Under the pieces are notes generated by a model that saw only the letters and a list, made by a program, of their open reading frames with translations, ran no database searches and was not told where the DNA came from. Below, in pieces: positions 29,932 to 38,557 of a stretch of 46,334 bases of DNA. Origin of the DNA: a bacterium (GTDB taxonomy: Bacteria; Hydrothermota; Tepidihabitantia; Tepidihabitantales; Tepidihabitantaceae). Positions within the stretch are counted from its first letter, which is position 1. Each line of letters opens with the position of its first letter. The stretch spans positions 1 to 46,334 of the forward strand of contig JAWOHE010000072.1 of assembly GCA_046485285.1 (NCBI GenBank), given 5' to 3'. Both the position numbers and the translations under genes were made by a program.

Positions 29932-30441
29932 ATGAAAACGCAGAAAGTCTTGCTGGCAGTGTTACTTCTGCCGGCAATACTCTTCGGTGCCATGAAGTTC
30001 TATGAAGTGGTGCCGCATAAGAATCACATCGCTACAGCACCCGGAGATCCGCCCGGCATCTCCCAGACCTTCATCAACGTGGTTGATTTGTTGGAAAAGG
30101 TGAGTATCTGGGTTGGGGATGTTGGGAATGGTGCAAGATATTTCGTAGAGATTCGTGACCTTGAGGATAACGTAATAGCCAGTGGAGATTCCTCGCCGGG
30201 GTCCCGGTCATGGGCCTGGCTTGATATCCTTCTGGAGGCACATCCGACAAACAAACCCGTTCGGGGCAAAACCTACAAGGCGGTGTTTACCCGGGCCGGC
30301 GGCGCGCCGATTTCCTTCGCCTACGACCCGACCGACTCGCTGAACCGTGATGCCTTGATGAGATACCGGCCGGTGTTCCGGTCCTCGTACCACAGGGTCC
30401 AGAGTGCGGTATCACGCGCCGCAACCGAATGCCAGCTCTGA
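29932..30441 (+). pseudogene. Secreted hypothetical protein, probably 3'-truncated at about 30340
   Basis: AGGAG RBS and signal peptide; the last ~33 codons are antisense to a second signal-peptide ORF. Confidence 0.5.
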
Positions 30442-30599
30442 CGGACGAAAGCCGCGGTGCCCGGCGCCACCGGCAGCGGCGGGGACCAGGTTACCTGGGC
30501 CTGCGCCGTCCGGCCGGATGACAGGTACAGGACCAGCACCGCTACCAGCGCGGCTTGAGTCCTCTTGACTTCGACCTTGCCTCCGGATTGACCCATCAT
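30321..30599 (-). pseudogene. N-terminal fragment of a secreted protein (KRTQAALVAVLVLYLSSGRTAQAQVTWSPP...)
   Basis: Signal peptide with AQA cleavage motif, followed by a short mature region that ends abruptly; start uncertain. Confidence 0.45.
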
Positions 30600-30858
30600 C
30601 GGCCATCTCACGGTTTCGGCGAACGGTTCATCTTCACTTCGCACTCCTCCGGGCGGTACTGCCCCTGCCCCGGGCTGCTCCCGCGTCCCGCCTGCTGGTG
30701 CGCGGGCAGGCCCGGTGGCACCTCACCGGCCCACCGCCCCAGACGGCTGGAGTCTAACGGGTCAAGAGCAGCCGTCAAGCGGGACCTCGGGCCGACCCGC
30801 CCGGGCGCAGTGAGTCCGGGCCGCTGCTCCGACATCCGGGCCGCGACCAAGCTCCGCC

Positions 30859-30906
30859 CCCTCACCTCCTGCCCCTCTCCCGCTGGGAGAGGGAAGGGTG
30901 AGGGCC
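30859..30906. repeat. REP-like palindrome, second copy of the 3021-3061 element
   Basis: CCCTCTCCC-GCT-GGGAGAGGGAAGGGTGAGGGCC. Confidence 0.75.
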
Positions 30907-31202
30907 GCAGGTACAGCGCGTTCCTCATCGGCTCCTTCCTTCGCAGCCCTGTCTCCGGCTGCTCGGCAGACCCGTCACCACAGCCTGCCGCTTCTCTTAC
31001 TACCCGGCGGTGCCTGCCGACACACCCCGGCACTCCATCCCATCTGCTCGGCACCAGCATAGTCCGCTGCGCCCGTCTGTCAAGCCGAAATCGCCCGCGC
31101 GGCGGGGTCTGGGCCAGGCGCCTGCGGCGAGGAGGGCGGTGCCGGGGAAGCAGGGCACCAGCGCCCGGCACGCGGCACCGCGCGCGGTCAGCCGTCCGGC
31201 GT

Positions 31203-31442
31203 ATCCCCACCCGCACTCCCCCAACCGTTACCCCTACCGTTCCCCCAGCCGTATGCCCTACCGTTCCCCTAACCGTTACCCCAGCCGTATGCCCTACGGC
31301 TACCCCTACCGTTCCCCCAACCGTAGGGCTAACCGCTCCCCCAACGGTAGGGCTAACCGTTCCCCCAACCGTACCCCCTACGGTTCCCCCTACCGTACCC
31401 CCTACGGTAGGGGGTACGGTAGGGGGTATGGGGGAGGGGGTA
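31203..31442. repeat. 12-bp tandem array (20 units, core GTWCCCCCWACS)
   Basis: 12-bp periodicity; perfect 41-bp palindrome at 31386-31426; same right end as the array at 190-406. Confidence 0.92.
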
Positions 31443-31496
31443 AATTCAGGGGTGAATGAAGTGCTGATTTCTCAATCGATCGCAGCGATTTTGCGA

Positions 31497-31525
31497 TTGA
31501 CAGGGCCGTTAGTTTCTACTAACAT
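31497..31525 (+). promoter_or_regulatory. Promoter TTGACA-N17-TAACAT with overlapping inverted repeats (candidate operators)
   Basis: GTTAG-N6-CTAAC at 31508-31523 and CAATCG-N15-CGATTG overlapping the -35; both conserved in copy 1. Confidence 0.7.
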
Positions 31526-31548
31526 AGGCCAGGAATGGTGATGCGAAG

Positions 31549-31791
31549 GTGGCCGGCTATGGCCTAGGCGAGACGGTTGCGCCGGGTGCGGCGTTACGCG
31601 GGTTGCGGCTTCGGGCCGGGCTGAGCCTGGTCGGGCCGGCGCACCTGATGGGTTGGAAGCCGGGCTTCTATTCGCATCTCAGCCGGCTCGAGCACGGCCG
31701 GTTGGGGCGCCCGACGCTGGGGCTGATTGCCGATTACCTGCGGGCCTGCCCGCGCGTTGCGCGCAGGCGGGCCTGCGGCGCGTCGTTCGAG
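31549..31791 (+). pseudogene. Decayed XRE-family helix-turn-helix gene
   Basis: LRGLRLRAGLS...AHLMG......HLSRLEHG....PTLGLIADYLRAC pattern; 27-bp insertion; the frame then runs into repeat-rich DNA. Confidence 0.65.
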
Positions 31792-31940
31792 ATGAGGGAG
31801 GGTGTGCGCTCCGTGCGGTGCGGATGTAGAAGCGGTTTCACAGCCGCGATGTGCGGGCTCTCGCGTAAGGCGCGAATCGGAAACGAGGCAGAAGCGAAAG
31901 ACACGAAGCCGGAACCCGGAGCGCAGGAGTCCGAGGGCGG

Positions 31941-32048
31941 AATCGCGACAGGGATGTCGCTCCCACAGGGCACGAGGGGCGCGCGAAGGCAGAAACGAAT
32001 GAGAGAGATTCCTCCACTCGGCTGCGGAGCCGTCTCGGTCGAGATGAC
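31941..32048. repeat. REP-like palindromes
   Basis: ATCGCGACAGGGATGTCGCTCCCAC, and GATTCCTCCACTC...GGTCGAGATGAC which is related to 899-938. Confidence 0.55.
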
Positions 32049-32288
32049 GGGAGGGGTCCTGCGGCCGTCGGTCGAAACGACAAGCTCGGAAGGGAACTTC
32101 TCCGCAGGAACTGCTTGCGCAGCACGGCGGCGAGTCTTGACACGCGAAGGGAGCGGAGGGTATGATTCCTGACGAGATATCATTGAGAGTCGACGCAACG
32201 TCGGTCGCCCGAGTGCCGGCAGTCCTGATTGTCCTCGTCGCAGTAGTTGGCCGCGTCCCTGCAAGCCTCGCGCCGGACGGGCGGTAGG

Positions 32289-32990
32289 GTGGCGGTGAGG
32301 GACGGGGTGAGGGCGGTCGTGTTTGACCTGTTCCACACGCTCGTCTCGCTCGAGGTCTCGCAGGCCCCGGGCCGGACCACGCCGGAGATACTCGGCATCG
32401 ACGCTGAGGAGTGGCGGGACGCCTGGATGAGCGACCCGGGCGACTACGCGCTGGGGCGGGCGGACGTGGATGTTCCGCTACGACGGCTGGCCCGCGAGCT
32501 GAACCCGGCAGTGACCGACGCGCAGGTCGAGGAGGCGCTGGCGACCCGGCACGGCAGGTTCCGGCACGCGCTGGTGCACGTCGAGGCCGAGACGCTCGCG
32601 GGCCTGCGCGCGCTCGGGCGGGACGGGTACGCGCTCGGGCTGGTGTCGAACTGCGGCCGGGACGAGGTCGCCCACTGGCCGGAGTCGCCGCTGGCCCCGC
32701 TCTTCGACACCGTGGTTCTTTCCTGCGACGTCGGGGTGGTGAAGCCCGACCCGGCAATCTACCGCCTGGCGGCGTGGAAGCTGGGGGTCGTGCCCGGGGA
32801 GTGCCTGTTCGTCGGCAACGGCGGGAGCGACGAGCTGGCCGGGGCGCGGCGTGCCGGGATGACCCCGGTACTCCTGACCCGCCACCTCGAGGTGATGGGG
32901 CCGGGCCGCATCCCGGGGTTGGCGCGGGACGCCGAGTTCCAGGTCCGGACCGTGAGCGAGCTCGGCCGCGTGCTGGCGGCCCGGGCCTGA
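32289..32990 (+). CDS. HAD-superfamily hydrolase
   Basis: VVFDLFHTL, LVSN, KPDPAIY, FVGNGGSDELAGA motifs; start uncertain (32247-32307). Confidence 0.85.
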   Translation: MAVRDGVRAVVFDLFHTLVSLEVSQAPGRTTPEILGIDAEEWRDAWMSDPGDYALGRADVDVPLRRLARELNPAVTDAQVEEALATRHGRFRHALVHVEAETLAGLRALGRDGYALGLVSNCGRDEVAHWPESPLAPLFDTVVLSCDVGVVKPDPAIYRLAAWKLGVVPGECLFVGNGGSDELAGARRAGMTPVLLTRHLEVMGPGRIPGLARDAEFQVRTVSELGRVLAARA

Positions 32991-33015
32991 GCCGGTCCGG
33001 CCCGGAGCGTTCGGG

Positions 33016-33471
33016 TCAGCGGGGAATGCCGCGGATGGTGTCGCCGACCCGGGCGCCGGCGGACGCGAACCAGCCGAGGTTGGCCTCGACCGCGTAGCGG
33101 GCCGGGGCGGAGGAGAGGTAGCCGGTGGTGGTGTCAAGCGGGGCCATCCGTTGGATGTCGACGATGACGCCGTCCGAATCCGCGAAGGCGATGTCGAGCG
33201 GGATGAGGGTGTTCTTCATCCAGAAGCCGAGGTGGCGGGTGGTGTCGAAGACAAAGAGCATCCCGGAGTCGGGCGCGAGCGATTCCCGGAACATCAGGCC
33301 GACGGCGCGTTCCGCCGGCGTCCGAACGACCTCGACCGCGATGACCGCGTCCCGGACTTCGAGCCGCGCGGTCTCAATGCCGTCCCGGGGCGCGGGCGCG
33401 GCGGGCAGGCGCCCGACCGGCGGCGAGCCGCACCCCGCGCAGAGGGCGAGGACGAGCAGTAGCCGGGGCAC
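33016..33471 (-). CDS. DUF192 family lipoprotein
   Basis: ER..GLMFR, GMLFVF, FWMKNTLIPLDIAF, YAVEAN.G motifs. Confidence 0.9.
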   Translation of the reverse strand: MPRLLLVLALCAGCGSPPVGRLPAAPAPRDGIETARLEVRDAVIAVEVVRTPAERAVGLMFRESLAPDSGMLFVFDTTRHLGFWMKNTLIPLDIAFADSDGVIVDIQRMAPLDTTTGYLSSAPARYAVEANLGWFASAGARVGDTIRGIPR

Positions 33472-33477
33472 GGCGCG

Positions 33478-35562
33478 TCAGGAGGCCGGCTCGCCCTCGA
33501 GGACCACCCTCGACAGGTCTGCGACCTTGCGGAAGAGCGAGCGGACCGCGAGGAGGAGGCGGAGCCGGTTGAGCCGGGTCTGCTCGTCCTTATCCATCAC
33601 GAGGACCTCGTCGAAGAGCCGGTCGATCGGCTCGCGGAGTCCGAGCAGCAGCTCGAGGGCTCGCTCCCACTCGTGGGCGGCCGCGGCGGACTCGATGGCC
33701 GGCCGGGCGGCCGCGGCCCGGCGCAGGAGTTCCTTCTCGGCGGGCTCGACCAGGCGCGCCGGGTCGGGCTCGCCCTCGACCCGCTGTCCGCGGAGGATGT
33801 TGGCGACGCGCTTCTGGCCGATGACGAGTTTCTCGAACTCGGGCCGGTCGCGGAACCGGACCAGCGCGCGGGCGGCGGTGAGGACGTGGAGCGGAAGCAG
33901 GCCGATGGCGGCGATGACCGCGTCGGCAATGTCGTAGGGCACGTCCCGGTCGGCGAGAGCCTGGGCCTCGCGCTCAAGAAAGAAGCCGGGCAGGCGCGCG
34001 GCGCGATCCGGTTCCCGGCCCGGGAAGAGCGCGAGCGCGGCGTCGGCGAGGCTTCGGACGTCGACGCTCAGGCCGTGCTCGATGATGATAGCGAAGGTGC
34101 CGGCGGCCTGGCGGCGGAGGCCGTAGGGGTCCTCGGAGCCGGTAGGAATCTCGCCGGCGAGGAAAGTCGCGACGATGTTGTCGACCCGGTCGGCGACCGC
34201 GAGGAGCGCGCCGGCCCGGGTCGCGGGCAGGGGGTCGCCGGCGTTAACCGGCAGGTACTGCTCGGCGATGGCGTCGGCGACATCGGCCGGCTCGCCCGCG
34301 AGCCGGGCGTAGATGCCGCCGACCCGGCCCTGGAGCGAGGTGAACTCCTTTTCCCGGACCATCTCGGTGAGGAGGTCGGCCTTGCTGAGCAGGGCGGCAC
34401 GGTCGAGGAGCGCCGCGTCGACGCCGCCGGCCTCGCCGGCGAGACGGATGCAGAGGGCGCGGATGCGGCCGGTCTTGTCGTGGTAGCTGCCCATCCCCTC
34501 GAACCAGGTCACGCGCTTCTCTTCCTCGACGAGCGCGGCGAGGCCTTTCTTTACGTCGGCGTCGAAGAAGAACCGGGCATCGCGTAGCCGCGACTCGACC
34601 GCGCGCTCGAACCAGCGGCCGACCGCGGCGGCATCGCAGCCCGGGGTGTCGGCGACGCCGACAAAGTGCGGGAGCAGGCCGCCGCCCGGGCCCTCGACCG
34701 CGAACGAGCGCTGGTGCATCTTGAGCGCGGTGACAAGGATGAGGCCGGGCAGGGCGAGGTGGGACGGGTCGAAGCGGCAGAGAATCGGGACCGGACATTC
34801 GGTGATATTCACGGTCTCTTCGACGAGTTCGGGGTCGAGAACCGCAGTGGCGCCGACCCCGGCGGCGAGCCGGGTGATTTCCTCGACCGCCGCCGCGCGC
34901 CGGCGCCCCGGGTCGGCGATGATGTCGTTGCCGGTGAGCGCGGCTTCGTAGTCGGCGGCTGTCGCGAGTTCGACCGGGCCCGGTCGGCGGCGGTGGCCGC
35001 GGGTTGCGCGGCCGGCGACGAGTCCGGCGAACCGGAACGGAATGACCTCCTCGCCAAGCAGGCCGACGAGCCAGCGGACCGGCCGGGCGAACCGGGTCTT
35101 GTCCTCGAGCCAGCGCATCGAGCGGGCGAAGGGCAGGTCGGCGATGATTCCGGGCAGGGCCTCCTCGAGCAGGGCGGCGGCTCGGGCCGGCGGCTCGGCG
35201 CGGCGCAGGAAGACGTACTCGCCGCGGGGCGTGTCCTTGACGTAGAGGTCGGCGACGGTGCGGCCGGCGGCCCGGCTGAAACCCTCGGCGGTCCGGGTCG
35301 GTCGGCCCGCCGCGTCGAACGCGGCCTTGCGGGGCGGGCCCTGGACCTCGACTTCCCGGCCCGGCCGCTCGGGCGCGACCGCCTCGAAGAGCACCGCGAG
35401 CCGGCGCGGGGTGTAGAAGGCCCGGGACCGGCCCGGGTCGAGCTCCTCGGCGGCGAGCCGGTCGCGGAGCCGGCGCTCGAGACCGGCCGCGGTCGGCGCG
35501 AGGAAAGCGGGCGGGATTTCCTCGCTGCCGATCTCGACGAGCAGGGGCAGCCGCTCCAACAT
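33478..35562 (-). CDS. glyS: Glycine-tRNA ligase beta subunit
   Basis: EIGSEEIP, TPRRL, FARPVRW, RLRDARFF, KADL.T.MV..EF..LQG, GSEDPYGLRR, NRLRLL. Confidence 0.95.
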   Translation of the reverse strand: MLERLPLLVEIGSEEIPPAFLAPTAAGLERRLRDRLAAEELDPGRSRAFYTPRRLAVLFEAVAPERPGREVEVQGPPRKAAFDAAGRPTRTAEGFSRAAGRTVADLYVKDTPRGEYVFLRRAEPPARAAALLEEALPGIIADLPFARSMRWLEDKTRFARPVRWLVGLLGEEVIPFRFAGLVAGRATRGHRRRPGPVELATAADYEAALTGNDIIADPGRRRAAAVEEITRLAAGVGATAVLDPELVEETVNITECPVPILCRFDPSHLALPGLILVTALKMHQRSFAVEGPGGGLLPHFVGVADTPGCDAAAVGRWFERAVESRLRDARFFFDADVKKGLAALVEEEKRVTWFEGMGSYHDKTGRIRALCIRLAGEAGGVDAALLDRAALLSKADLLTEMVREKEFTSLQGRVGGIYARLAGEPADVADAIAEQYLPVNAGDPLPATRAGALLAVADRVDNIVATFLAGEIPTGSEDPYGLRRQAAGTFAIIIEHGLSVDVRSLADAALALFPGREPDRAARLPGFFLEREAQALADRDVPYDIADAVIAAIGLLPLHVLTAARALVRFRDRPEFEKLVIGQKRVANILRGQRVEGEPDPARLVEPAEKELLRRAAAARPAIESAAAAHEWERALELLLGLREPIDRLFDEVLVMDKDEQTRLNRLRLLLAVRSLFRKVADLSRVVLEGEPAS

Positions 35563-35569
35563 CGCCCGG

Positions 35570-35642
35570 ATGATAGGATGAGGCCCGGGGTTGTCAAGCC
35601 GGCGGCGGGCTGATTGACAGCTTCAGGGTTTCGTGGTAATTT
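35570..35642. promoter_or_regulatory. Divergent promoters: minus strand TTGACA-N16-TATCAT (glyS, leaderless); plus strand TTGACA-N17-TAATTT
   Basis: Minus-strand hexamers at 35592-35597 and 35570-35575; plus-strand -35 at 35614-35619. Confidence 0.65.
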
Positions 35643-35659
35643 CCTTACCGGAGGTCGCG

Positions 35660-36232
35660 GTGAAGCGTTCATACAGACACTGGTCGCGGGACGAGGTCGT
35701 CCGCGAGATCCGCCGCCTGGCCGAGAAGGGGACGGCGTTGAACTCCGGGCACGTCGCCCGGAGCTTCCCGGCGCTGGCCTACGCGGCGCGGAAGTACCTC
35801 GGGAGCTGGGAGCGGGCGATTGCCGCCGCCGGGCTCGACTACGAGCAGATCCGGCGCAAGAGCATCTGGAGCCGGCGGCGCATCATCGAGCGGATAAGGG
35901 AGCTGGCGCGCGAGGGCAAGCCGCTCTACGTCAGCCACGCGGAGCGGAACTACCGCGGGCTGGTCGGCGCGGCGACGATGCACTTCGGGTCGTGGCGGCG
36001 GGCGATCCAGGCGGCCGGGTTCGAGTACGTCAAGATCAAGCGCCAGCGGGAGTGGTCGAAGATGGCGATCGTCCGCGAGGTCCGGCGGCTGAAACGCGAA
36101 GGGCTCGACCTCTCGACGACGATGGCGGTGCGCCGGAAGTTCCGGACCTTGCACGCGGCCGCGGTCCGCTATTTCGGGAGTTGGGCGGGAGCCCTGCGGG
36201 CGGCGCGGCTGGAAGGACTGCTCCGGCGATGA
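35660..36232 (+). CDS. Basic protein with three WS...FGSW..A..AAG repeats (resembles the homing-endonuclease-associated repeat)
   Basis: GGAGG RBS; three ~62-aa repeats; ATGA overlap with purD. Confidence 0.75.
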   Translation: MKRSYRHWSRDEVVREIRRLAEKGTALNSGHVARSFPALAYAARKYLGSWERAIAAAGLDYEQIRRKSIWSRRRIIERIRELAREGKPLYVSHAERNYRGLVGAATMHFGSWRRAIQAAGFEYVKIKRQREWSKMAIVREVRRLKREGLDLSTTMAVRRKFRTLHAAAVRYFGSWAGALRAARLEGLLRR

Positions 36233-37497
36233 AGACGCTGGTCATCGGTTCGGGCGGGCGTGAGCACGCGCTGGCCTGGAAGCTGGCGCGGGACGGCCAC
36301 GAGGTTTTCTGCGCGCCCGGCAACGCCGGGACCGCCGGGCTCGCCGCCAATGTCGACCTCGACCCGCTCGACAGCGCCGGCCTCGTCGGGTTCTGCGCGC
36401 GCGAGCGCGTCGACCTCGCGGTGGCCGGGCCCGAGGCGCCGCTGGTCGCCGGACTCGGCGACGAGTTCGCGGCCGCCGGGCTCAGGCTGTTCGGGCCGGT
36501 CGCGGCCGGCGCGCGGCTCGAGGGCGACAAGGCGTTCGCCAAGCGGTTGATGGCGGAGGCAGGCATCCCGACCGCCGGCTTCGCGACGTTCAGCGATTTC
36601 GACCGCGCCCGCGAGTACCTGCGCGGCCAGCGCTACCCGCTGGTCGTCAAGGCGGCCGGACTGGCGGCGGGCAAGGGCGTCATCATCTGTCTGACGCCGG
36701 GCGATGCGGAGCGGGCGCTGGTCCGGATGATGCGCGCGGCCGCGTTCGGGCCGGCCGGAGAGACGGTGGTCGTCGAGGAGTTCCTCGAGGGCGAAGAGGC
36801 GTCGATAATCGGTCTGTGCGACGGCCGGACGGTGAAGTGCCTGCCCCCCTCGCAGGATCACAAGCGGCTGCTCGATGGCGACGAGGGCCCGAACACCGGC
36901 GGGATGGGCGCCTACGCGCCGGCGCCGGTGGCGAGCGCGGCGGTGCGGCAGGAGGTCGACGAGCGGGTCTTCCGGCCGTTGCTGGCCGCTTTCGCGGCCG
37001 CGGGCATCGACTACCGCGGTGTCATCTACGCCGGCGTGATGCTGACCGCGGGCGGGCTCAGGGTGCTCGAGTTCAATTGCCGGTTCGGGGACCCGGAGAC
37101 GCAGGCAATCCTGCCGCTGCTCGACAGCGACCTCGGCGAGTTGTGCCTGGCCTGCTGCGAGGGCCGGCTCGACGAGGTCGAGCTGCGCGAGTCCGATCGC
37201 CACGCGCTCTGCGTCGTGCTGGCCTCGGCCGGGTACCCGGACAGCTACCCGAAGGGCCGGGCGATTTCCGGGCCGCTGCCGGACAGCGGTGAGGCCGTCG
37301 TCTTCCACGCCGGCACGCGCCGCGACGGCGAGCGGCTGGTCACCGCCGGCGGCCGGGTGCTCGGCGTGACCGGCATCGGGGCGAGCCTCGCCGAGGCCCG
37401 GGACCGGGCCTACGCCGCCGCGGACCGCATCGAGTTCGAGGGCCGGCAGTTCCGGCGCGACATCGGCCGGCGCGGGCTGGAGCGGGGCAGGGCCTGA
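36229..37497 (+). CDS. purD: Phosphoribosylamine-glycine ligase
   Basis: GSGGREHALAW, GPEAPL, QDHKR, GPNTGGMGAY, EFNCRFGDPE motifs. Confidence 0.96.
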   Translation: MKTLVIGSGGREHALAWKLARDGHEVFCAPGNAGTAGLAANVDLDPLDSAGLVGFCARERVDLAVAGPEAPLVAGLGDEFAAAGLRLFGPVAAGARLEGDKAFAKRLMAEAGIPTAGFATFSDFDRAREYLRGQRYPLVVKAAGLAAGKGVIICLTPGDAERALVRMMRAAAFGPAGETVVVEEFLEGEEASIIGLCDGRTVKCLPPSQDHKRLLDGDEGPNTGGMGAYAPAPVASAAVRQEVDERVFRPLLAAFAAAGIDYRGVIYAGVMLTAGGLRVLEFNCRFGDPETQAILPLLDSDLGELCLACCEGRLDEVELRESDRHALCVVLASAGYPDSYPKGRAISGPLPDSGEAVVFHAGTRRDGERLVTAGGRVLGVTGIGASLAEARDRAYAAADRIEFEGRQFRRDIGRRGLERGRA

Positions 37498-37501
37498 CCC
37501 G

Positions 37502-38557
37502 GTGGAGCCGGCCAGGTTCAACCCGAAGCGGCCGGACGAGCACGCGCGCCGCGTCGCGGCCGCGCTTGACCGCGGTCTCGCGCTGGTGCCGGCGCTGGGC
37601 GGGGTCGTGGCACTCGGCCGGGGGCCGGATCGCCTTGTCAAGAGGTTCGGTGCGGCGTTCCGGCTGGTGACCGGCCCGGGACGCACGGCACCGTCGCCCG
37701 GCGGCCCGGGTCCCTACCGGCCCGGCGAGATCACGCGCGTCCTCGACGGCCCGGTGGCGGTCCGGCTCGCCCCGGCCGGCGGCTGGTCCGGGCTTGCGCC
37801 GGCGCGCGAGCCGCTGCTTCGGGCGGTCGCGGCACTCGTGCCGGATTCAGGGGTCGGCGTGCCCGGCGACCCGGAGGACGCGGACGAGATCGCCGGGGAG
37901 GATGGGACGGCGCTCTGGCTCAAGTCTTCTTCGCCGGCCGGTCCCGGGCCGACGGTGATTGACTTCCGCGCCCGGCCCGCGACGGTTGACAGGAAGGGCG
38001 CGCTGGCAATACTAGAGTTGGAGGCGCGGCTGGGCGAGCGGGTGCGGCTTGGCCCGGGCCTGGCGTTCAGCGTGCTGGTCGTGTGCACCGGCAACATGTG
38101 CCGGAGCCCAATGGCCCACGGCATGCTCGAACGGCTACTCGCGGGCGAGCGGGTGTTCGTGTTCTCGGCCGGGACCGGCGCTCCGGCCGGCTTGCCGCCG
38201 ACCCCGTCCGCGGTCGAGGCCGCGGCCGAGCTCGGCGCGGACATCACTCGCCTCCGGGCGAAGAAGCTCACCGCCGAGCAGGTCGTTTGCGCTGACCTAG
38301 TGCTGGTGATGGAGGAGCATCACCGCGAGCGGGTACTGGAGCTTGTGTCGGATGCGGCTGTGCGGGTGCGCCTGCTGGGCGAGTGCCTGCCGGGCGCGGA
38401 GCCGGGGCGCGGGATCGCCGACCCGGTCGGGAGGCCGCTCGAGGAGTACCGCGGGTGCGCGGCCGAGCTCGGGAGCGCGCTCGAAAGGGTCGCGGAGGAA
38501 ATCCGGCAGCGGCTGGCCGCGCCGGCACGACCGAAGAGAGACAGCCAGGAGGCTTGA
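37502..38557 (+). CDS. Low-molecular-weight protein phosphatase fused to a degenerate Sua5/TsaC-like N-terminal domain
   Basis: C-terminal VCTGNMCRSPMA P-loop and IADPVG; N-terminal half only weakly Sua5-like. Confidence 0.75.
   Translation: MEPARFNPKRPDEHARRVAAALDRGLALVPALGGVVALGRGPDRLVKRFGAAFRLVTGPGRTAPSPGGPGPYRPGEITRVLDGPVAVRLAPAGGWSGLAPAREPLLRAVAALVPDSGVGVPGDPEDADEIAGEDGTALWLKSSSPAGPGPTVIDFRARPATVDRKGALAILELEARLGERVRLGPGLAFSVLVVCTGNMCRSPMAHGMLERLLAGERVFVFSAGTGAPAGLPPTPSAVEAAAELGADITRLRAKKLTAEQVVCADLVLVMEEHHRERVLELVSDAAVRVRLLGECLPGAEPGRGIADPVGRPLEEYRGCAAELGSALERVAEEIRQRLAAPARPKRDSQEA

Noticed and set aside
30555-31541. 328-aa ORF through the second array
   Set aside because: Low-complexity translation of GC-rich intergenic and repeat DNA, with no recognisable domain
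35614-36228. N-terminal extension of PurD (627-aa ORF)
   Set aside because: The TTG belongs to a -35 box; PurD homology starts at ATG 36229 and the region encodes a separate gene in another frame
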